42,899 nucleotides of DNA from Chiloscyllium plagiosum (taxonomy: Eukaryota): contig NC_057751.1 in NCBI RefSeq assembly GCF_004010195.1, positions 2,641,286 to 2,684,184 of the forward strand. Direction: 5' to 3'. The stretch's first letter is position 1. Each line of letters starts with the position of its first letter. This document shows positions 10,976-22,784 of this stretch, piece by piece. The notes below the pieces were generated by a model. The model did no database searches and was not told where the DNA came from. It was given only the letters and a program-made list of their open reading frames with translations. The position numbers and the translations under genes were made by a program.

Positions 10976-12002
10976 TTGTACAGCATTTTATCACGTGATT
11001 GAATGTTTTGACATTCAATAGCTGTTGAAGAGCTATTGGGAGAACAACCAGTTTGTGAACAGCAAGGAATCACAGTCATTAAATTAGATGAATGAGCCTG
11101 CAGGATTATTCACACAAAGAGGACAAGCAGACAAGCTTTGATGTAAAGTCTGATTAGAAAGAGAGCACCTTCAATAAGGTAAAACATTCAGATAAGCAAC
11201 TCAAGTCTTAGATCGGGGTTCTGACTTAGAGACAGGTTTTTACCAACTGAGGCCAATTGTAATTTAACAAGAAGTGAAATCTGTTAACAATGTGATGAGG
11301 AAAGCCTAGTCAGTCAGACAAGTGCATCAAATTAGAAATGGGCAACTTGTTACTTTGGCTTCCTTGGTGAATAGACAGGCAAAGATTTCTGACACATAAC
11401 TTCACTTTAATCTCATGAAGACTGCTCGGTCCCTATTTTTACAATCTGTTTTTTAAAAATGTAGAGCTCCCAAATTAAGAGCTAAACTTTTATTTGAAAC
11501 ACATGACAAAAGAGAAGTATTCTTATTAAAGTCTGTTTTCTCTCTGCAGGAAACGTAACCAAATTCCACAAAGGAACATGATTTTTTAAATCCAAATCAA
11601 ACACTGCAATTTCCATGGAGTTACAGTCCTCAAAACAAACAGTCCACAGTTGTTCTCACTTATCAATGGGTTTATATTTTCCTATTTCACTGACTGGTAA
11701 ATTTGGCTGACTGCCTCCAGGTTATTTTGTCAGTTTTCAGAGAGTTCACTTCATCTATGACCACAAGTAAAACTTGTCCTGATGGTTCTGTGCTTCTGAC
11801 CATACCAGGACCAATCTCATGGAATCCTTCAATGGATGTGGGATGCATACCTTTGACAAGAAACCATCTTCCTTATATGTCAACTAGTGGTAGTTCACAA
11901 ACCAAGCACTCTCTTCTGACTGCTGGCCACAAAGAACTGCTGTCTGTCTGTGATACTCAAGTGATTTGTCGGGAAGCTGAAAACCCACTCTCAACAATAC
12001 CT

Positions 12003-12263
12003 ATGGAAACCGAAAGAACTGCAGATGTTGTAAATCAGAAACAAAAACAGAAATTGCCGGAAAAGCTCAGCAGGGTCTGGCAGCATCTGTGGAGAGAAAT
12101 CAGAGTTAATGTTTTGGGTCCAGCCACCCTTCCTCAGAAGTGGGCAGTTAGGGTTAGGGTTAGAACTGGACAGTTCTGAGGATGAACTAAAACAATAACA
12201 TTGATTTCTCTCTGCAGATGCTGCCAGACCTGCTGAGCTTTTCCAGCAATTTCTATTTTCAGT
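12003..12263. mobile_element. Fold-back PLE derivative, family B, with telomere-like spacer
   Basis: Inverted arms ~12045-12138 and ~12175-12260. TTAGGGTTAGGGTTAG at 12148-12163. 14-bp TSD with 2 mismatches: tctcaacaatacct (11989-12002) / tctcaaaaatgcct (12264-12277). Confidence 0.85.
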
Positions 12264-13208
12264 TCTCAAAAATGCCTCTCTTTGTACATCTCCCCATCAC
12301 AATACAAAATACATTATCCTTGCATTTGGTTGAATTGCTGATTTGCAATTCTTGCATCCAACTGTCTTTCATTTTAATAGTAAATGGCGAGTTAACAGTG
12401 CAATGTTTACAGTCATTACCTCCAGCACCTTTCTGGGATGAACTATTGTGAACACAGTCTGTTGATGTTGACTCCAAGTGTGAACACCTTACACCATCGC
12501 CCCAGTAACACATTTTGACTTGTAACCAGCCGTTGTCAGTCTTGAGAACATGTCACATGAGACTCTCCATTGCGTCTTGCCATAGATACAGTTCAAACCA
12601 CATAATTTTACAAACCTCATAATTGTAACCCCATTCTCACCCAGTTATTTCCCGTCCTCAAATCCTGTTTCCACATTCTAATATTGACATGAATCACAAA
12701 TGATCAATAGTTTCTTCGAGTCAAGTACCTTCGTGCGGCGGAGCATAGGCTCTTCAACGGGATGGTTGAGTTCAGAATCTTCTCTCCGTCAGCCTTAGAC
12801 AAATGTAAATGCACCCTTGATGCAAAAGTGAATGTGTGCTGCTGTTAACAAAATGCAGTCATTGAGGCATTCATTGTATACCATGCCAATCAATATGACA
12901 AGGTCAACTTTTCCTGCAGAGAATAGTTTTATTGAAGAGCTGCTCGTGTGCCACAGAACTATAGCCTCCCTCCAAAACTGTCTTTTTTATAAGTTCTCGT
13001 TGAAACCCTGTGCAATTATTGAGCTTTGCCCACCTTTGATTCAAAGCTTTACAGTTCAAATATCTTGAAGCTGTAAGATATGTCAAAGACTTTTAGCAGA
13101 CTTTCATGAGATTAACTACTGTATCAGATATATTGTCTAATTATCAGTGTAAGCTGTTGCATTGTGACTAAGATTCATTCAATACAACCAAAATTGGTAC
13201 AATAAGTT

Positions 13209-13900
13209 GATTTAGATTTAAAGATTCAGATTCAGAGTTATTGTCACATGTACATCAAAAATACAGTGAAAAACATTTTTTCCCTTGTCATATGTAAAGT
13301 GCCGCCATGCTCCAGCACCACCTTGAAGCACTAAATATAATTCAAGATTTCATCTTTCTTGCGCCCCTCTTCCACCGTTCCTCCAGTTGCTGCTTGACAT
13401 CTGCTGGAGTCTCTGTAATGGGCTCTGGCGACTCTATAATTGGCCTCCACCACTGCCACAATCATGACTGCTGCATCAGAGCTGGAGACATGGGCCTTGG
13501 GCTATTGTGGGTTCCATGCCTCCTGTTTCCCATCTGACACTCCTCCAGACGTTGCTGCCAGTCATTGATTTTCAGGTTGTTCGTCATCCCTTTGGCCAAC
13601 ATCGCCGCTCTTTCAGGCACCCAGGTCTAGCCATGGACCTGCTGCCTTGGTTCAGCCTGGAACCTGCTTCTCACTTGCCAGGAGACCACAGGCTGGGATG
13701 AAGCCCTGTACAGCTCCTCCTGCTACTACCGGCATGAGGCCTCCTCCTTCACCCAACACTGCCCAAGCTTTGAACAAAAGGAAAAAGGAAAAAGTGCAAA
13801 GAGCAAAAGCAGGAAGCAGAAAAGAGAAAAGCTGAGTAAGAAAACAGATGGGAACACAGGAGCCCCAGGCTCAGCCCTGCCACTCTGGTGCCATCATGAA
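13209..13900 (-). mobile_element. Non-autonomous element with Rex1/Babar-like 3' tail
   Basis: gattcagattcagagttattgtcacatgtac..tacagtgaaaa resembles the Rex1-type tail at 29313-29362. The other end reads (minus) atgatggcacc, like the Rex1 aagatggcgcc start. No RT coding seen. Confidence 0.5.
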
Positions 13901-13961
13901 CATCCAGAAAGTAACTGAAAAGAAAGAAAGAAAACAGTTTGCCAAGTTGTGCTGAACAAAT

Positions 13962-14072
13962 AAAAACTGAGAGACCTGCATTTGCTATAGCATCTGTGAA
14001 GAGAAAGAAGAGTTAACAATTCAGGTCCAGTGACTCAGAACTTGAATTTTTCCAGCAATTTCTGTTTTTGTT
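13962..14072. mobile_element. Eroded family B PLE derivative
   Basis: gcatctgtgaagaga..gagttaac..caggtccagtgac..ttttccagcaatttctgtttttg. Confidence 0.65.
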
Positions 14073-14246
14073 GCTGTGTTGTGTTATTGCATTGATAACA
14101 TATTAGCCTGAAGATATCACGTGGAACTGCTCAATGACTTAGTTTAACTGTACCTCGAATTGTAGAAACATCAAAAATTTTGAGCATGCTCAGAGATTGT
14201 TCTGTCCATCGTGCCCATGCTGGCTGACAAGCATTCATACACCTCA

Positions 14247-14459
14247 GGAGAAAGTGAGGACTGCAGATGCTGGAGATCAGAGCTGAAAAATGTGTTGCTG
14301 GAAAAGCGCAGCAGGTCAGGCAGCATCCAAGGAGCAGGAGAGTCGACGATTCAGGCATGAGCCGGAATTCCTGAAGAAGGGCTCATGCCAAAAACACCGA
14401 TTCTCCTGCTCTTTGGATGCTGCCTGACCTGCTGTGCTTTTCCAGCAACACATTTTCAG
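14247..14459. mobile_element. Fold-back PLE derivative, family A
   Basis: Perfect 13-bp TSD ttcatacacctca at 14234-14246 and 14460-14472. Inverted arms around ggaattcc. Hammerhead remnant ctgaagaagggctcatgccaaaaac. Confidence 0.9.
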
Positions 14460-14538
14460 TTCATACACCTCAACCTACTCTCCATCCCTTGATTGGTTGT
14501 ATAAAGACCGTTTACTTTTACTTTTCTGTGGCTTTGAT

Positions 14539-16106
14539 TGTGGACTGACATGGGAATAAAACTGGTTTTGAAGAAAAAGATTGTTAAAGGATTGCTGCAA
14601 TATTTAAAAGTAAGTTACTGGACACTCATTGTATGTACTGTTCATACAGTGGCTTGTTCAAGTGATAGGGAGGGGGAAGCTGAGTTATGGGCTTGCTGGA
14701 ACCAAGTGCCTGTCCATGAATAGAAGTATGGCTGGTAACAAGTAGCTGATTGGTCTGTGAAATGGTGGCTAGTTATCACTGACGAGTGGCTTCTTTGACT
14801 GACAACAAATATGCATTTGGCTCCCAGGGAGCTGAACAGATTGGACTGTGAACATTTGGGGTAGAAGCCATCGGGCCTCTGGACAGGAAGCAGCTGCAAT
14901 TGCCATGTGGCAAAAAGCATCTTGTGTCTAAAGATTGCCAGTTTATTTCCGGAAGCCAGAAGCTGTAACTTTTACTCAAAAAGGCTGAGACTTAGATAAA
15001 CATGGACCGGTCACCCTGTGCTTCCTGCAAACAAATGAAAACACCTGGAGGAGGAAAACCAAAAAGAACCATTCTGATCAGCAAAGAGGTCATCTCAGTA
15101 AATACTGCAGGAGAACTACTGACCAACCTCTCCTAATCTTTTCATCTGTCATTACACCCATATTATTTTTTGTATTTGTGTATAATTGTACATGTAAAGG
15201 AAGAGATTGAAAAGTGTGTTTTTTGTAGAATCATATATTGACAGTTCATAAATATTTATCTGTTACTATAATCTATTTATTTATCTATCTATCTTGAGGT
15301 CCTGCTAAATAATTTCATATGTATCTTCCTTGTTCTGATAGCACATCAGAGCATTGAGTGTGGGAGTTGGGAGGTTATGTGCGGCTGTACCGGAGATTTT
15401 TGTAGTGTTGTGTGCAGTTACAGTCTCCCTCCTATCGGGGGGACTTTGTTAGATTTGCAAGGGTTCTGAAGGGATTTGTGGGAGTGTTGCCAGGGTTCGA
15501 GGGTTTGAGCTATAGGGAAAGGCTGAGTAGGCTGGGGCTGTTTTCCCTGGAGTGTCAGAGGCTGAGGGGTAGCTTTTTATGAAATCATGAGGGGCATGGA
15601 CAGGTTAAATAGGTAAGGTCTTTTCCCTGAGGTGGGGTGAGTCCAGAACTAGGGGGCATAGGTTTAGGGTGAGAGGGAAAAGATTTAAAAGGGTCCGAAG
15701 TGGCAACATTTTCATGCAGAAGGTGATGCGTTTGTGGAATGAATTGCCAGAAGAAGTGATGGAGGCTGGTACAATTACATCTCTTAAAAGGCATCTGGAT
15801 GGGTACATGAATGAGAAAGGGTTAGAGGAGTATCAACCAAGTGCTGGCAAATGGGAATGGATTAATCGAGGATATCTAGTCAACATGGGTGGGTTGGACC
15901 GAAGGGTCTGTTTCTGTGCTGTACATTTATATGATTTGTAATGAATACTCACTCTTGTTGAATACAGAAACTGTCTGTGTTTTCTGTCATCCTGGGTCTA
16001 AAAGATCAGTAACTTGGGAAATTCTACATGTGCTTTACAACTTTTGGGATGGCTCCAGGAAAAGAAGGCTCTGATTTCCAGTGCACCACCTGAGTGAGGC
16101 ATAACA
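14539..16106 (+). mobile_element. Possible LTR-like element interrupted by a CR1 copy
   Basis: Ends in cataaca (16100-16106), like the LTR terminus at 33019-33025. 5' boundary uncertain and no TSD found. Confidence 0.3.
15335..15940 (+). mobile_element. HER1/CR1 LINE 3' end with A-to-G hypermutated 5' segment
   Basis: Collinear with 25808-26440 (reverse) and 27045-27620; LWNELPEEVMEAGTITSLKRHLDGYM. Confidence 0.9.
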
Positions 16107-16149
16107 ATAGCCTCGTAGGTTTTTGCACTTGAAGTGTAAATGTAGATAT

Positions 16150-16660
16150 TTAACTGTTCGTCAGGTTTTCCCCTGAACCGTCCTCTTAGGCAGTGAATTC
16201 CAAATCCTGGCCAACTTCTCGGTGAAAACATTTCACCTCTATTTGTCTCGAAACTTTCTCCATCTTATGCTACTTTGATGGTTATGGAGTCCACAGCCAA
16301 ATGGATTCTGTCTTTCCTGACCAAAATATGAGATCCCTGGTAATTTTAACCATTTCACTTGTTCCCCCCACCCAGCCTCCTCTATTCCACAGTATGCAAC
16401 CCTGGGTCCGTCTCACGGAAATTTTCTAGTGTAGGCACCATCCTAGGAAATGCCCTCTGCACCCTGTATTGGGCAATCATATCTTTCCCAAGATTCTGGT
16501 GACCAGATCTTCATTTGGTACTCGAGCTGTGGCCTCATTTGCCTTGTAAGTCCCAGCTCCAATACTCTGAGTCACAGTTCAAAAAAGCAAGCATTTTGTA
16601 TGCCTTCCAAGCCACCTTATCTCACCTGGCCAGATACTGCCAAAGATCTGTGGATGTGGA
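16150..16660 (-). mobile_element. Old CR1 ORF2 C-terminal fragment
   Basis: ggcagtgaattccaaat, ggcaccatcctag..cctctgcacc and gaccaga..tactc..tgtggcct blocks are collinear with 22930-23440. Confidence 0.6.
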
Positions 16661-17524
16661 GGTCAGCTCAGCTATTGAATCACGAGGCTGACTTCTGCCA
16701 TTTAAAATATTTGTGGTTCAAGGAAATAAGCAGGAGCTAGACCATTCATTATTCTCTGCCATTCAGTAAGATTTGGCTGATCTGATCTCAACTTGAACTC
16801 TCCTGTTTGTTATGCAAAAACACTAAAAAGATGAGAAGAGGACATTCAGAGAGGATCTTGTCAAGGTACATAGCTCTTAAGTGGGAGCAGACAAGGAAAA
16901 TTTTGTTCATTACTTTAAGCTCAGTCAATGCACAAAACTAGGCGAAAAGGTTCAAACTGGTGAGGGAACCAAGGAGGTGCCAAAGAGAATTTGCTTGTAT
17001 GATGAGTGACAAACCTTTCAAGCACTCTTCAAGGCCCAAGCCAGTAATATCAGTGGCAACTGAAGAGCTGTTAGATTTGAGCTTGATGGATGAGCTAAGA
17101 TTGATTTGATCACACAGAGATTGCATTCACTGAGGATTGGATTCCATGGGCTTACAGTTGCTCTCATTCACAACATGTGACAAAGCAAGATGCATTTCAT
17201 TCATCCTCTACCATCCTGGAATTTCATTGTACAATAATGGAGCCATTGATTAATCTTAATATCAATATCCATCATAAATTTACAACAGACCGTGACATGA
17301 GAAATAAAACTCCCAATGGAGACTTTTGAGAAACAGAAGTTCAGAATCACGCTTCCTCCCAAGCGTACTACACGCCCTGCACATCGTGTCACAAATCACA
17401 TACAACTGAAATATTCAGCATCAATACCATAAAGGAATCACCATTTTATTTCATGGTTATATCAAAAACTGCCACAGATGAATTTAATACATTTCATATT
17501 AAGAGCATTAACAGCAAAATATTA

Positions 17525-19255
17525 AATAAGGAGAGAATAAGGTCCCTTAAAGATCAATAAGGTTGTTTATGGAACTGCAGGAGATGGGAGAGGTACTAAA
17601 CGAATATTTTGCATCAGTATTCATGATAGAGAATTGATGAACTGAATTCACATGAAAGCCAGGCAACTCAGGGAAACGAATATTGATGTCTTGAAATCAG
17701 TCCACATTACGGAAGAGGAGGTGCTGGAGGTCTTAAAAAGCATAAAGGTAGATAAATCTCCAGGACCTGATCAAGTATATCCCAGGACATTGTGGGAAAT
17801 GAGGGAAGAAATTACAGGCCCTCTAGTAGAGATATTTGTATCATCTACAATCATGGTAAGGTGTTGGAAGACTGGAGGGTGGCTAATGTTGTGCCTTTAT
17901 TTCAGTAAAGCTGCAAGGAGAAACCTTGAAATTAGAGACCAGTGAGTCTGATGTCAGTGGTAGGTCAGTGTTGGAGGGGATTCTGAAAAATGAATTTGCA
18001 TGCATTTGGAGAAACAAGGACTGATTAGGGACAGTCAACATGGCTTTGTGCATGGGAGTTCATATATCACAAGCTTGATCGCAATTCTTGAAAATGTGAC
18101 CAGAAAGATAGATGAGGGCAGAGCAGTAGATATTGTCTTTCCAGACTTTAGCATGGCCTTTGACAAGGTTCCGCAAGGTAGACTGGTCACTAAAGTTAGA
18201 TCACATGGGATTCAGAGAGAAGTTCCCAACTGGATACAAAATTGACTTGACAGGGGCAGACAGAGGGTGGTGGTAAAGGGTTGTTTTTCGGACTGGAGGT
18301 CTGTGACCAGCAGTGTTCCATTGGGATCAGTGCTGGGTCCATTGTTGTTTCTCATTTCTATAAACAATTTGGTTGAGAATATAGGAAGCATGATGAGTAG
18401 GTTTGCAGATTGATAGTGAAGAACGTAATCTTCATCAATTCGGCCAATGGGCTGAGGAGTGGCAGATGGAGTTTAATTCAGTCAAATGCAAGGTGCTCAT
18501 TTTGGCAAGACAAAGACGTGCAGGACTTAGACAGTTAATGGTAGAGCCCTGGGGAGTGCTGTTTAACAGAGAGACCTCGAGATTCAGGTACAGAGTTCCT
18601 TGAAAGTGGCAGCCACAAGTAGACAGGATGGTAAAGCAGGATTGTCTTCATTGCTCAAAGCATTGAGTATAGGAGTGTGGACATCATGATATGGCTGTAC
18701 AAGACATTGGTGAGGTCATGTTTGGAGCATTGTGCACAGTTCTGGTCTCAGCAAGATATTATTTAACTGGAGAGGGGTCAGGAAAGGTTTACCAGAATGT
18801 TACCGGGACTGGAGAGTTTGAGTTATAAGGAGAGGCTGGATAGACTTGGACTTTTTTCCCTGGAGTGTAGGTAGTTGAAGGGTGACTTTGTGGAGGTCTA
18901 TAAAATCATGAGTGGAAGGTTAGGGTGAATAGCCAAGGTCTTTTCCACAGGTTTGGTGAGTTCAAAGCTGGAGGGCATAATTTTAAGGTAAGAGGAGAAA
19001 GAATTAAAAGGCACCTGAGGAATAACCCTTGCACAATGAGGATGATTCGTATGTGAATGAACTGCCAGAAGAAGTGGTTGATGCAGATATAGTTACAACA
19101 CTTAAAAGGCATTTGGACAGATACATGAATGGAAAAGGTTTAGAGGGATATAGACCAAAAGTGGGCAAACGGAATTAGTTTAGTTTGGGAAACCTGGTTG
19201 GCATGACTAGTTGGGTCTGTTTTTGTGGTGTATTACTGTTTGAGTCTCTAACTCT
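17525..19255 (+). mobile_element. 5'-truncated CR1 LINE (~1.7 kb, decayed RT and 3' UTR)
   Basis: KVDKSPGPDQVYPRTL, LIRDSQHGFVHG, DFSMAFDKVP, WAEEWQMEFN; multiple frameshifts. Confidence 0.92.
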
Positions 19256-20009
19256 AATATAGCAGCATCACCTACAGGGCTTCTGACAGAAGAGAACCTC
19301 AGATTAACAGTGGGAGTTACATTGATTTACCACAGATGTACACAACAGAAGTAGGCCATTTAGCCCAACATATCTGAACTGATGTTTATGCCCGCCTCAG
19401 CTCTGTCCCAAGTAGACCATCTTAACATAATCAGTATATCGTTCAATATCTCTTTGTATCACGTGTTTATCAAGTTCCTCTTAAATATAGTTAACCTTCA
19501 GTACTCTTGGTGGAACCTCATTCTTATCTTCCTTTTATTTTCTGTGATTATGGAAGTTTCTCCTGAATTCCCAATTAGATTTACTCATGGCTGTATTCTG
19601 TTCAGACTCCTCGGCTTGAACAACATCATGTTTGTTATGTTCAGTTTTGAAGAAGTTTTGAAGATGAGAAGCCAAGCAGGAAACAAAGTGTTTAGGATGA
19701 CATTTTCAAGGGAAGAATCGAGACTATTATTCAATACGACATCAAGATTGGAATTCCAAGAGAAGAATGAATTAGAGGATCACAGTGGTATTGATGTGGA
19801 GGAAATTAGAGTCAAAGACTTCCAGATGTTGCCAAGGAAGATGAATGAGGCTGAATGCGGAATTAAGTGTGAATGGAAACCTTCTGGACAAACTATGATA
19901 ACGTACTCTCAAAACCTCTTGGATATAAACTGTGATTTCAATCTGAGATTACAGGAACAAGTATCAGAGGGGATGTTGTCAAAAAGTTGCAACTGTCATT
20001 GATCATTAA

Positions 20010-20235
20010 CAAGAATTAGGGGGGAGAGCCTCCACTGGTTGGAGTCATAACCAGCACAAGGAAGATGGTAATGGCTGTTGGAGGTTATTCATCTCAGCCC
20101 CAGGCCATCATGATAATAGTCCCTTATGGTGGTGTCTTCAGCCCAAACATCTTCACAACTGACCTTCCTTCCATTCTGAGGTCAGAATTGAGGATGTTCA
20201 TCAATGATTACAGTGTTCAGTACTACCTGTGACTT
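20010..20235 (+). mobile_element. Old LINE RT core fragment
   Basis: LHWLES..RKMVMAVGG..VPYGGVFSPNIF..DLPSILRSELRMFINDYSVF, i.e. decayed GVPQGSVLGP and FADD motifs. Confidence 0.7.
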
Positions 20236-20593
20236 TTTTGTGTATCTACTATGGATCCTTCATAATGCCCCTTACAGCCACCTGTTCTCTCCAAAATACC
20301 TTCTTCAGCACGGAGTGTCATCCATTTACAACTCAAACTCTGCAGAAATAAACAGCCAACTCAGTGATGATGCTAATCGCAAATTGCTTCACTCTGTTGT
20401 CTTTCCACTTAAAGACTAACAGGGGTGGACTGAATAGGATCTCTTGATGCTGATATTTTCTTGTCATATTGCATACACAAGTGATTGCATTTTTTAAAAT
20501 GTTGGAAACATGGTGAAGAGGTGAAAGGTGCTGCAGGAGTGCATTTCTGAAGGCTTCTTAGATTTTGAAAGCTTGATGTTGTGCTGATTTATT

Positions 20594-20742
20594 TAAAAAT
20601 CACACAACACCAAGTTATAGTCCAACAGGTTTATTTGGAAGTACTAGCTTTCAGGAACCTAATACATCCAAATAAACCTGTTGGACAATAACCAGGTGCA
20701 TGATTTTTAACCCCAGCCCAACACCGGCAACTCCGCATCATG
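20594..20742. mobile_element. Fold-back PLE derivative, family C
   Basis: gtccaacaggtttatttgga is inverted against tccaaataaacctgttggac; same family as 31525 and 41593. Confidence 0.8.
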
Positions 20743-22521
20743 TTTACTTATGAGGAGTGGAAAGGTGGAGCTACAGAGAATCTGGATCTGCTCAAGTCAC
20801 CCCACTTCTATTTTCGGGTTGCCACTGGGGAGTCTGAACAACTTTGGATGCTTGAGTTCTGACAAATACTTCAGCTGTTCACAGCATTAGACAACAAAAG
20901 GTGAACTGCTGGAATTCGACAACGAAACAGAAAATGTTGGAGACACATGCTGTGTCTGACAGCATTGAGAGGAAAGAAAGATTAACATTTAACTTGGATG
21001 TTTCATCACAATGAAAAGACATCTTTGTAAAAATTAGTACAGTCTCCTCACCATTGTCAGATTAAAGTTATGCACCAACATTTTTGAAAGCTGGTGGCAG
21101 AGGCAATGATCTGGATCAAACCGTGTCAATGTTCAAACAAAGTCTAAGTCCATCTCTGGAAAAAATGTCAACGTAACCGCCAGCTTATTTGATTTGAGTT
21201 TATTTCTTTTCACCAGACACTCATTCTTCAGTGTTCACCTTCAGTTTTCTCACTGAGCAGTCAGTCATTCATTGTCTGCTGTCAATTGACTTTTCTGCCC
21301 ATGACCTTTCCCAATCATAGCAGGAGGTCACTGCATGGCTGTATCACCCCATTGTGTGTAACCAGTTCAGCTTTACAGTTCAGTGGCTGTTTCTCCAAAT
21401 ACAACTTGTTCCAGATGGAAATCGTGTGCAGTGCTATCTTAATTGGGGAGCATGCTGCTTGCTGTTCTACACTTGGCTTGCTGAACAGAATGCTGGAAAA
21501 ATGTTTTTCTCTCTGTTGTTTTTCATAAATGAGTTCTTTTCCGGGGAAAATGAGCAGATCACCAGCATTATATCAATGGTGCAGTTTTGCTAAACATGTT
21601 GAGAGTTCCATATAAAAAAAAAGGTAATCCTGTATCCTTCCTACGGATGCGAGAAAAACTGGGGACTTACAAATGTCGCACTTCAGATGTTACACTTGGT
21701 CACAAATCAAAAGAAGTTCTAAATTATAAGGGAAGAGAAAGAAAGCCAATCATTGAGCTGCAGATTAAAACTTACATTCAGTTCCAACAGCCTTGTGACT
21801 GACCTCAGCCACATGGTAAGTAGCTGCACTGAAAATGGTGTGGATCTGCTGAACAACAGCAGCAACATTTGAAAACTCAAGGTAGTCTGACGAGCGGAAC
21901 ATCATGGCATAACGGCACAGTTGGCACAGCCAACCATTATGGCCATGGGAAATTAACCGGCAACAAATAGAATTCCTGGTATCCCTCAACATAGTTGAAG
22001 GAATTGTTGTATTTGAATGAGAGTTGATTTAATGAAATTTACAAAAATCTGGTTGAACACCCCATTAGCATTCGTCAGTCCCCTCAATGACTGACCTTTT
22101 AACTAGTTAACTGAAGCATGCATGGAACTGTGAAATAGGCTGCCATTGTTTCCAGATAATAATGGCATCAACTGTCTCATGATATTGTGCTGATTTAATT
22201 CTCAATCCTGTATGTTGGGAGGATTTTCAAGTTCTTTATGAACAGGCTGTTCAATAAGATTCACCAACCTTGTGGATGTCACTATCTGCCACCTGAGACA
22301 AGATATATGCAAAGCATGGAGTGAATCTTGTAACAGTCCCCAAAAAATGAACTAAATTGAGGGACAGAACTAAAGCTGAGCATGGCACACAGGCTTTGAT
22401 AACAGCTTTTTAGGAGCAGCAACTCACCACATTTTCCAGTCATGGTGGAAAATACAAAATTGTCTGACAACAAAAGTAAGTCTTGTCAACATATTACTTT
22501 TGAACTTAAACTTTACCCTTT

Positions 22522-22555
22522 CACACACACACACACACACATGCACACACACACA
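22522..22555. repeat. (CA)n microsatellite
   Basis: Direct reading; one TG interruption. Confidence 0.95.
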
Positions 22556-22784
22556 GACAAACAAAAATACATCAATATCATGGGTGGAGGGGAATTAAAA
22601 TTCTGGGAAGAATAGGTCCAGAGGATTCAGTGAGGTGTCTTCTTGCTCCTCCCAAGTTGCTGTGATCTCTGATATTCTTCCTTCCAAGTTAGTTTTGTGC
22701 TTTACTGAAGACACAGGGCACTTAGGACACTAATTGTTCAGTCTCTGAGTCACTGGTTAATGGCTGCAGCTTATGGTAAATATA

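Noticed and set aside
11530..11600. Strong splice acceptor tctgttttctctctgcag ending at 11549
   Set aside because: All three frames stop within about 40 nt and no partner exon is identifiable.
14247..14459. Reading the fold-back repeats as DNA-transposon MITEs or pre-miRNAs
   Set aside because: Arms are unequal in length, TSDs are long and variable (9-14 bp), and the sequence matches PLE termini with hammerhead cores.
19382..20002. 206-aa plus-strand ORF
   Set aside because: No recognisable domain. It overlaps what look like antisense LINE remnants, so it is likely a chance open frame.
21200..22020. Unique stretch with several short ORFs as candidate host exons
   Set aside because: No recognisable protein similarity and no consistent acceptor-donor pair around an open frame.
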